The notes beneath the pieces were generated by a model. That model ran no database searches. It saw only the letters and a program-made list of their open reading frames with translations, and had not been told where the DNA came from. A stretch of DNA of 64,000 bases from a virus (taxonomy: Duplodnaviria > Caudoviricetes), in the IMG/VR virus record IMGVR_UViG_3300025401_000648. The stretch is one strand, 5' to 3'. The position numbers and the translations under genes are program-made. Within the stretch, counting starts at the first letter, position 1. Each line of letters begins with the position of its first letter. Shown piece by piece: positions 57,250 through 64,000 of the stretch.

Positions 57250-58093
57250 GATTAAAATAGCAGAACTATTTTATAGTATACAGGGAGAAGGACGTTATAT
57301 GGGCGTACCAAGTATCTTCTTAAGGACTTTCGGCTGCAATTTCCGCTGTGCAGGATTTGGTATGCCTAAAGGGCAATTGAGCGCAGAAGCAGAAGACATT
57401 GCCACCGTAGTGCATTTATATAACAAATATGAAGATTTGCCGCTAGTATCAACTGGTTGTGATAGTTATGCTAGTTGGCATCCTGATTTTAAAAACCTAA
57501 GTCCTATGTTGACTACGGATGCTATTGTTGAACGCATCATGGAGATATTGCCCTTCAATGAGTGGCGCAATGAACATCTTGTTATCACAGGTGGTGAACC
57601 GCTATTAGGTTGGCAACGTGCTTATCCTGACCTGTTGGATCATCCTAAAATGTCTAAACTAAAAGAAATTACATTTGAAACAAATGGTACTCAAAAGTTA
57701 ACACAAGATTTTAAAAATTATCTTGGAGTATGGAATGGCTTACCTAGGCAAAAACGAGAAATTACATTCAGTGTAAGTGCTAAGTTGCCAGCAAGTGGTG
57801 AAAAGTGGGAAGAAGCTATTCTTCCAGAAGTTGTTTGTGAATATGAAGAAGTAGGCACAGCATATCTTAAATTTGTGGTAGCCACAGAAGAGGACGTTAA
57901 AGATGCAGAACAAGCAATTGAACAATATAGAGCGGCTGGCTTTAAAGGTCACATATATCTTATGCCTGTTGGCGGTGTTGAGTCTGTTTACAATCTCAAT
58001 GCTAAATCCGTTGCCCTTGCCGCAATGAAACGCGGCCTACGTTATAGTGATCGACTACAAGTGCCCTTGTTCAAGAACGAGTGGGGCACTTGA
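57242..58093 (+). CDS. queE: 7-carboxy-7-deazaguanine synthase-like radical SAM enzyme
   Basis: ELFYSIQGEG, FLRTFGCNFRC...GCDS, VITGGEP, FETNGT, LMPVG, RLQVPLF; ~30-aa insert before third Cys. Confidence 0.85.
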   Translation: MSKIKIAELFYSIQGEGRYMGVPSIFLRTFGCNFRCAGFGMPKGQLSAEAEDIATVVHLYNKYEDLPLVSTGCDSYASWHPDFKNLSPMLTTDAIVERIMEILPFNEWRNEHLVITGGEPLLGWQRAYPDLLDHPKMSKLKEITFETNGTQKLTQDFKNYLGVWNGLPRQKREITFSVSAKLPASGEKWEEAILPEVVCEYEEVGTAYLKFVVATEEDVKDAEQAIEQYRAAGFKGHIYLMPVGGVESVYNLNAKSVALAAMKRGLRYSDRLQVPLFKNEWGT

Positions 58094-58380
58094 TGATGGG
58101 AGTAGGATACTACGGAAAAAAGGCTATGTCACATGATCGCCGGGGTGATGAAGTACAACAATCACCACCATCTGAAGACTGGGGATTACGCAGAGCACAA
58201 TATTGGAAACTTAAACTATGTTGGCTTCCAAAAAAGTGTTTTCTAACAAATAAGCCTCTTTGGGGTAAACTTGCGTATCACGGTGAAAACTGGATTACTG
58301 GTCCAGGTGATCCTGTTGTTAATCACTACTGGATAGAAAAAAATGAATTCTTAATGTGGAATTTGAGAGGAAGAAGATGA
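58093..58380 (+). CDS. Hypothetical protein
   Basis: TGATG overlap with queE. Confidence 0.65.
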   Translation: MMGVGYYGKKAMSHDRRGDEVQQSPPSEDWGLRRAQYWKLKLCWLPKKCFLTNKPLWGKLAYHGENWITGPGDPVVNHYWIEKNEFLMWNLRGRR

Positions 58381-58802
58381 ACAATTTATGGAAAAAGTTG
58401 ACAGGCATTGACAAGATTGAAAAAGAACGTGCTGATGCTGAAGCAGTACGGGAAGCCGCAAAACAGGCCGCGGCTGAAGCATTAGAAGCCGCTCGCATTG
58501 CCAAATTAACGCCAAAAGAAATTGCCACGGAGAAAAAAGAACCATGGGTCGCTGTATTAGACACGCATGTCAATATGGAAAATCTTAGAAACGGTTTCTT
58601 TGAACTTGACTGGAATGAGTACTTTGTAGTACAATTAAGAAGCGCTGGTTACGTAGGTGAAACAGACGAAGCAGTGGTTGATTCCTGGTTTACTGAATTA
58701 TGTCGTAATTTAGGATCAGAAGAAGGTGTTGATATGAGCCGTAGAGGATCAGGTTATATCAATATAAACAATTTAGGTGGCGGAAGATCGGAAATTTCTT
58801 AA
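58377..58802 (+). CDS. Hypothetical protein
   Basis: Start moved to ATG 58377 (ATGA overlap). Confidence 0.7.
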   Translation: MNNLWKKLTGIDKIEKERADAEAVREAAKQAAAEALEAARIAKLTPKEIATEKKEPWVAVLDTHVNMENLRNGFFELDWNEYFVVQLRSAGYVGETDEAVVDSWFTELCRNLGSEEGVDMSRRGSGYININNLGGGRSEIS

Positions 58803-59794
58803 TGACAAAAACATATATTCTTGTAGATACAGCTAACACATTCTTCCGTGCTAGACACGTGATTAGGGGTGACCTTAACGATAAAATTGGTATGAGTATT
58901 CATACTGTGTTAGGCAGTGTACGCAAAGCATGGCGTGATTTCAAAGGCGATCATGTGGTGTTCTGCCTTGAGGGTCGAAGCTGGCGCAAAGACTATTATG
59001 CTCCCTACAAACGCCAACGTGCTGAAGGACGTGCAGCGATGAGTCCCAGCGAGCAAGAAGAAGAAAGAGTATTTTGGGAAACCTTTGATAATTTCAAAGA
59101 CTTTATTATCAACAAGACCAACACCACCGTGCTTCAACATCCACAACTTGAAGCAGATGATTTAATTGCTGGTTTTATTCAAGCCCACCCCAATGACCAT
59201 CATGTGATTATTTCAACAGATGGTGATTTTGCACAATTGATTGCGCCTAACGTAAAACAATATAATGGGGTAATGGAAATTACGACTACACATGAAGGAT
59301 ACTTTGATGCCAAGGGTAAACGTGTCGTTGATAAGAAAACTAAACAAGACAAGCCCGCGCCGGATCCGTCCTGGTTACTATTTGAGAAGTGTATGCGTGG
59401 CGACACCTCCGACAATGTCTTTAGTGCTTATCCAGGAGTTCGTACTAAAGGGACAAAGAATAAAGTTGGTCTCCAGGAGGCCTATGCCGACAGAAACACA
59501 CGGGGATTCAATTGGAACAACATGATGTTGCAACGCTGGGTTGACCATAATGGTGAAGAACATCGTGTGTTGGATGACTATAATCGAAATGTCACACTGT
59601 GCGACTTGACAGCACAACCTGAAAATATTAAAGTTTTAATTAAAGAAACAATCACAACGGCAACTACCGCAGATAAAGATATTCCGCAGGTTGGTGTTAG
59701 ATTGTTGAAATTCTGTGCTGAATATGACATGCAGAAAATCAGTGAGCAGGTTCAGAGTTACGCAGAACCATTAAACGCAAGGTATGTAAAATAA
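58802..59794 (+). CDS. rnh: T4 RNase H-like 5'-3' exonuclease/flap nuclease
   Basis: ILVDTAN, YKRQR, LEADDLIA, STDGDFAQL, RGDTSDNV. Confidence 0.88.
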   Translation: MTKTYILVDTANTFFRARHVIRGDLNDKIGMSIHTVLGSVRKAWRDFKGDHVVFCLEGRSWRKDYYAPYKRQRAEGRAAMSPSEQEEERVFWETFDNFKDFIINKTNTTVLQHPQLEADDLIAGFIQAHPNDHHVIISTDGDFAQLIAPNVKQYNGVMEITTTHEGYFDAKGKRVVDKKTKQDKPAPDPSWLLFEKCMRGDTSDNVFSAYPGVRTKGTKNKVGLQEAYADRNTRGFNWNNMMLQRWVDHNGEEHRVLDDYNRNVTLCDLTAQPENIKVLIKETITTATTADKDIPQVGVRLLKFCAEYDMQKISEQVQSYAEPLNARYVK

Positions 59795-60285
59795 TGATAA
59801 CAAATGCCAAAATATTGATTCCAGAAAAAGAATGGTTAATTAAAAATGGTGACGAAAAATTAGGTAGCATTAGCAAAGTTAAAAAAGGTTACCTAGTTCT
59901 ACATCAAGGACAGGCTATCCCCTTTAAAGATCTATCTGAGATAAAAGCCAAACTTGGTATAGCATTGTTTGAAGAAAGTATTAAGAAAGCCAAAAAAGAT
60001 CTTGGTGAACCTATATCATACAGTATCTACGATTTTCCTTGTAAAAGTAAACCCTACGAACCCGTATACAATGTTCAAAAGAAACTGCCATTATATACCA
60101 AGCGTTCTAAAAGCAAAAGCCAGCATTGCGCTGGGCACTATATTATTAAATTCCGTAAAGGATGGGTCAAAAGTTTTTGCCCTAAGTTGATCACTTTGGA
60201 AAGATACCCCTACAAAGGTCCTTGGAAAACTGAAGAAGAATCAAAAATAGAACTAAGGAAAGCCAATCATAATGAAACAACTTAA
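59794..60285 (+). CDS. Hypothetical protein
   Basis: 163 aa, TAATG overlap. Confidence 0.7.
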   Translation: MITNAKILIPEKEWLIKNGDEKLGSISKVKKGYLVLHQGQAIPFKDLSEIKAKLGIALFEESIKKAKKDLGEPISYSIYDFPCKSKPYEPVYNVQKKLPLYTKRSKSKSQHCAGHYIIKFRKGWVKSFCPKLITLERYPYKGPWKTEEESKIELRKANHNETT

Positions 60286-60502
60286 TACATTACCTATTGA
60301 AGATTTTTTGGATCGTGCTAGAGTAGCAATTAAGACCAATCAAAAAAATGTCACGTTAACCATTAAAGAAGCCACTGATTTACAAAATAGTTTGGCAGTG
60401 GTAATGACCAGATTATCTGGTGAGTTGGATCAGCTTGTATCTTCTGCTGGTACAGCACAATCAGATACTATTCAAGTAAAAATGGACGGCGGAACTTTTT
60501 AA
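60272..60502 (+). CDS. Hypothetical protein
   Basis: 76 aa. Confidence 0.7.
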   Translation: MKQLNTLPIEDFLDRARVAIKTNQKNVTLTIKEATDLQNSLAVVMTRLSGELDQLVSSAGTAQSDTIQVKMDGGTF

Positions 60503-60510
60503 CATTCTGG

Positions 60511-60544
60511 ATAAATATATATACGCATATTTGGAGCGTATATA
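60511..60544 (+). promoter_or_regulatory. Late promoter core plus RBS hairpin
   Basis: ATAAATA 60511-60517; TATATACGC/GCGTATATA 9-bp stem whose loop and 3' arm carry GGAG and the spacer before GTG 60547. Confidence 0.65.
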
Positions 60545-60546
60545 AA

Positions 60547-60846
60547 GTGAGCAGACCTAAACCAACCGTTTTGTTAGAAATAACTAATAAAAAGACTTAT
60601 AAAACTGAACAGGTTTTAGAAGCAGAGGCGATTTGGGCCGTATTTTATAAAGATCTCCCAATTAATCTAAAAATTACCAGTTTGGTGGTACAACAATTAG
60701 GCCCAAAATATAAAAAAGTTAGTTTTAGTAATGCCGGACATGCCCTTAATCTTGCTAAAAAACTCAACAAACTATTTGGATGCCAGGACTTCTCTGTTTT
60801 TAAATTAACCACAGGTGAGAAGTTAATTGATGATTCAAAAAATTGA
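60547..60846 (+). CDS. Hypothetical protein
   Basis: GTG start, 99 aa. Confidence 0.72.
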   Translation: MSRPKPTVLLEITNKKTYKTEQVLEAEAIWAVFYKDLPINLKITSLVVQQLGPKYKKVSFSNAGHALNLAKKLNKLFGCQDFSVFKLTTGEKLIDDSKN

Positions 60847-61222
60847 AATAACCAAATACATCGCAGATCAATATAAGCTGGCTAGTGATGAAAAATCACT
60901 GAGAAAACTAGTGTCATTATGGTGGGTAAATCCTAGGAAAAAAGCCAAAGGTGGCTTGAGATTGACTGATGAAGGATTTGCTCGATTATCAGCACATATC
61001 AAATTCCATAAAGTTAAATTTACCGAAGGTCCTATTGAGTATAACAATCAGTTAATACTTCAATTAGATAATTTTATCAACTGCCCTTGGTATACGACCA
61101 AAAAAGAAATATTTGTGACCAATGACAAGATGGCTGTACAGTTGGTGTTGTTTTCTGGTAACATTGCTCGATTTAGTCATGCCAAGGCAAAAAGCATTAA
61201 AAATCATTTGACAGAACCCTAA
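60827..61222 (+). CDS. Hypothetical protein
   Basis: 131 aa. Confidence 0.68.
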   Translation: MMIQKIEITKYIADQYKLASDEKSLRKLVSLWWVNPRKKAKGGLRLTDEGFARLSAHIKFHKVKFTEGPIEYNNQLILQLDNFINCPWYTTKKEIFVTNDKMAVQLVLFSGNIARFSHAKAKSIKNHLTEP

Positions 61223-61236
61223 AATCCCTGTATAAT
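61208..61236 (+). promoter_or_regulatory. Consensus sigma70 promoter
   Basis: TTGACA-17-TATAAT exact. Confidence 0.85.
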
Positions 61237-61297
61237 TACTATATATTGAAACACTAATGCACTTCAATATTTTTTCAACTTTATAGAAAGAGATTTT

Positions 61298-62380
61298 ATG
61301 GCAGAGCAAATTAGCACTAATCGCACAGTTACGCCAAATGATGCTAAACGTAGCATTCGTAAGTGTATCAAAATCCAGCGCCCTGTATTCATGTGGGGGC
61401 CTCCGGGTATTGGTAAATCCGATATTGTTAAACAAATTGGCGACGAACAAGGACGTGAAGTCATTGACGTTCGTTTGAGTCTTTGGGAACCTACTGACAT
61501 CAAAGGTATCCCCTATTACAACAGTAATTCAAATACCATGACTTGGGCGCCGCCTGCCGAATTGCCCACAGATCCAGAATCAACTGCTATTTTGTTCCTA
61601 GACGAACTTAATTCCGCGGCTCCTGCTACGCAAGCCGCGGCTTTCCAATTGGTATTGAATCGCCGTGTTGGTACATATCAATTGCCTAAAGGTGTTAGTA
61701 TTGTTGCCGCAGGTAACCGTGAAACTGACAAGGGTGTTACTTATCGTATGCCTGCTCCATTGGCCAATCGTTTTGTACACTTGGAACTCAAGAGCGATTA
61801 CGATGACTGGTTGGAATGGGCTGTTAACAACAAGGTTCACGAACAAGTTGTTGGCTATGTTGGCTTTGCTAAACAGGATTTGTACGACTTTGATCCTAAG
61901 AGTGCAAGTCGTGCGTTTGCTACTCCACGTAGCTGGAGTTTTGTCAGTGACCTGCTTAAAGATGACGACCTTTCAGAAGGCACATTGACCGATTTGGTTG
62001 CTGGTGCTATTGGTGAAGGTCTTGCTGTTAAGTTTATGGCTCATCGTCGTGTTGCCAAACAGATGCCCAAACCAGAAGATATTTTGACAGGCAAAATTAC
62101 TAAGTGTGATATCAAAGAAATCTCAGCAATGTATTCTTTGACTGTGTCCATGTGCTATGAGCTCCAATCCTCTGACCAAAAGAAGGTCAAGAATTGGGAT
62201 AATATGGCAGATAACTTCTTTGCGTTCATGATGGATAACTTCCCAACTGAATTGGTTGTTATGGGTGCTAAGGTAGCATTGACCAGCTATAACTTGCCGT
62301 TTGATGCTAGTAAATTGAAGCATTTTGATCGCTTCCATGAGAAGTACGGCAAATATATTATCCAAGCAATGGAGAATTGA
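61298..62380 (+). CDS. MoxR-like AAA+ ATPase
   Basis: WGPPGIGKS, LFLDELN, AAGNR, PLANRF, TPRSW. Confidence 0.88.
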   Translation: MAEQISTNRTVTPNDAKRSIRKCIKIQRPVFMWGPPGIGKSDIVKQIGDEQGREVIDVRLSLWEPTDIKGIPYYNSNSNTMTWAPPAELPTDPESTAILFLDELNSAAPATQAAAFQLVLNRRVGTYQLPKGVSIVAAGNRETDKGVTYRMPAPLANRFVHLELKSDYDDWLEWAVNNKVHEQVVGYVGFAKQDLYDFDPKSASRAFATPRSWSFVSDLLKDDDLSEGTLTDLVAGAIGEGLAVKFMAHRRVAKQMPKPEDILTGKITKCDIKEISAMYSLTVSMCYELQSSDQKKVKNWDNMADNFFAFMMDNFPTELVVMGAKVALTSYNLPFDASKLKHFDRFHEKYGKYIIQAMEN

Positions 62381-62381
62381 T

Positions 62382-62403
62382 AAAAAGCCCCTAGGGGCTT
62401 TTT
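62382..62403 (+). terminator. Bidirectional-type intrinsic terminator
   Basis: AAAAAGCCC-CTAG-GGGCTTTTT. Confidence 0.85.
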
Positions 62404-62405
62404 AT

Positions 62406-62434
62406 TTGACTTTCAGGATAAATTCATGTATAAT
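62406..62434 (+). promoter_or_regulatory. Sigma70 promoter
   Basis: TTGACT-17-TATAAT. Confidence 0.8.
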
Positions 62435-62454
62435 AGTATTTTAGAAGGGTAAAA

Positions 62455-63708
62455 ATGTCAAACACTACAGCAAACAAAAAATTTAAACTTCCTGAAAAGC
62501 GGGAATTCACACAATCAGAAAAAAACAAGATTGTTGAAAAACTAATCACTGCTCGTGTGGGCTTGTTATTGCGCCATCCATTTTTTGGTAATATGGCCAC
62601 ACGTTTGAAATTGGTTGATGCTAGTGATTGGTGTAGCACACTGGCCACAGATGGTCGTACATTTTATTACAGCAACGATTTTGTAAACATGCTGACTCCA
62701 AAACAGTGCGAGTTTGGCTTCGCTCACGAAGTTCTACATAATGTGTTTGATCACTTGAGCCGACGTGAAAATCGAGATAGAAACCTCAGTAACATTGCCG
62801 CAGACTATGCTGTTAATCAAATCTTAAAAGATGAACGCATCGGTGAAGTTCCTAGCATGATTCAAATTTTCCAAGATAACAAATATCGAGGAATGAGCTA
62901 TGAACAAATTTATGACGATTTGGAACAAAAAGCTATCAAAATCAATATCAATGATCTAGGCGAGTTGCTCGACGATCACTTGGATGGCGACGATGAAGGC
63001 GGTGGTGGAGACGGCGAGCAAGTTGACGGAAATGGTAAAGGCCGTCCTAAACTTACCGCAGAAGAAAAGAAACAGATTCGAGACGAAATTAAAGAAGCTA
63101 TGGTTGCAGCCGCACAGGCCGCAGGAGCAGGACGTGTACCAGCTGGCGTGTCAAGAATGATTCAAATCTTTACAGAGCCAAAAATGGACTGGCGCCAAAT
63201 GTTGCGTATGAATATCCAAAGTATTCTAAAAAGCAACTTCAGTTTCAGCCGTCCAAATCGTAAAAGTCAACATTGCGGTGCTGTACTTCCAGGTATGATG
63301 AACGAAGAAACCATTGATGTCAGTGTAGCAATTGACATGTCAGGTAGTATTAGTGATAAAATGGCCATGGACTTCCTAAGCGAAGTCAAAGGTATCATGG
63401 AAGAATACAAAGACTTTAAGTTAGATTTGTTCTGCTTTGATACCGAAGTGTATAACTACGCACAATTTACTGGCGATAACGCAGATGATATCATGAGCTA
63501 CGAATGCAAAGGTGGCGGTGGCACCGACTTTGATGCCTGCTATAACTTTATGAAAGAAAATAGTATTGAGCCAAAGCGGTTCATTATGTTTACAGACGGA
63601 TATCCATGCGGTAGCTGGGGCGATGAGAATTATTGCGATACGCTGTTCATTGTACATGGCAACGATAGCATTGAAGCTCCATTTGGGCAAACTGCCCATT
63701 ATAAATAA
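62455..63708 (+). CDS. Metallopeptidase-like (HExxH) plus vWA domain protein, MoxR partner
   Basis: TLATDG, AHEVLH, NIAADYAVN; vWA MIDAS AIDMSGS, GGGTDF, MFTDG. Confidence 0.85.
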   Translation: MSNTTANKKFKLPEKREFTQSEKNKIVEKLITARVGLLLRHPFFGNMATRLKLVDASDWCSTLATDGRTFYYSNDFVNMLTPKQCEFGFAHEVLHNVFDHLSRRENRDRNLSNIAADYAVNQILKDERIGEVPSMIQIFQDNKYRGMSYEQIYDDLEQKAIKININDLGELLDDHLDGDDEGGGGDGEQVDGNGKGRPKLTAEEKKQIRDEIKEAMVAAAQAAGAGRVPAGVSRMIQIFTEPKMDWRQMLRMNIQSILKSNFSFSRPNRKSQHCGAVLPGMMNEETIDVSVAIDMSGSISDKMAMDFLSEVKGIMEEYKDFKLDLFCFDTEVYNYAQFTGDNADDIMSYECKGGGGTDFDACYNFMKENSIEPKRFIMFTDGYPCGSWGDENYCDTLFIVHGNDSIEAPFGQTAHYK

Positions 63709-63719
63709 GTGAGTAGTTA

Positions 63720-64000
63720 ATGGCATTAAGTAGAGGTGAACTCAATCCGCTAAGTGTTTTAAAATTGAGGAAGTTATCCTTTATACCCAATCACTTTGCC
63801 CGAATCACTATCAAAATACCAGAAACTGATACCAAGATATTAGATCAGTGGATTAACTACAACTTAAATAGTAGGTACGCTATAAAGAAAACGTTCACCT
63901 TAGATAACTCAAATAAAATGATTGAGGTATTAGAAGTTGGAATGGAAGATCCCAAAGAGATTACCATGTTTTCTTTAGGGTGTCCTTATATACATAAACA
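63720..64000 (+). CDS. Hypothetical protein, 3' truncated by window edge
   Basis: MALSRGELNPLSVLKLRKL... open to end of window. Confidence 0.65.
   Translation, partial: MALSRGELNPLSVLKLRKLSFIPNHFARITIKIPETDTKILDQWINYNLNSRYAIKKTFTLDNSNKMIEVLEVGMEDPKEITMFSLGCPYIHK

Noticed and set aside
61243-61270. ATATTGAA/TTCAATAT inverted repeat in the moxR leader
   Set aside because: AT-only 8-bp stem with a long loop, away from the RBS; likely by chance in this composition.
1-64000. Alternative genetic code (stop-codon reassignment)
   Set aside because: Long conserved genes (PolB, ClpA, fibres) are uninterrupted under code 11 and coding density is already very high.
1-64000. tRNA, rRNA, IS/transposase, DGR, intron or intein
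   Set aside because: Intergenic gaps are short with no cloverleaf; no reverse transcriptase or transposase motifs; PolB, ClpA, clamp loader and PhoH have normal lengths without insertions.

Overview
This window is 64 kb of a large T4-like (jumbo-type) tailed phage genome. It is AT-rich, uses the standard code, is gene-dense and lies almost entirely on the + strand. The host is probably Gram-negative, judging from the spanin pair, GH19 endolysin and ClpA. In order, it holds: (1) nucleotide-sugar genes, UvsE and SOD; (2) a ~15 kb baseplate/fibre block with three very long Gly-X-Y (GYT-GSX) collagen-like proteins; (3) a stand-alone DnaE fragment, GroES, cytidylyltransferase, clamp loader and PhoH; (4) a lysis cassette; (5) DnaJ, peptide deformylase and ClpA; (6) a late cluster of proteins whose N-termini resemble the T4 capsid-targeting sequence, including a 1133-aa protein with three different nucleotidyltransferase folds and a 773-aa polyprotein of unrelated modules separated by a DNA-level conserved, in-frame repeat (CAAGGTGTGGCGGAAGGC = QGVAEG); (7) family B DNA polymerase and sliding clamp; (8) a DpdA/TGT-QueD-QueE cluster with added PRTases, HAD, two oxidoreductases, a glycosyltransferase and HIT; (9) RNase H, MoxR AAA and a vWA-metallopeptidase. 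The strongest candidates for something undescribed are the repeat-delimited cassette polyprotein with its putative virion-cargo family, the triple nucleotidyltransferase, and the possible glycosylated 7-deazaguanine DNA modification pathway. No tRNA, rRNA, CRISPR array, IS or intein was recognised. All family calls come from motif recognition by eye, not database searches. Several starts were moved from the ORF track to a better ATG/GTG.
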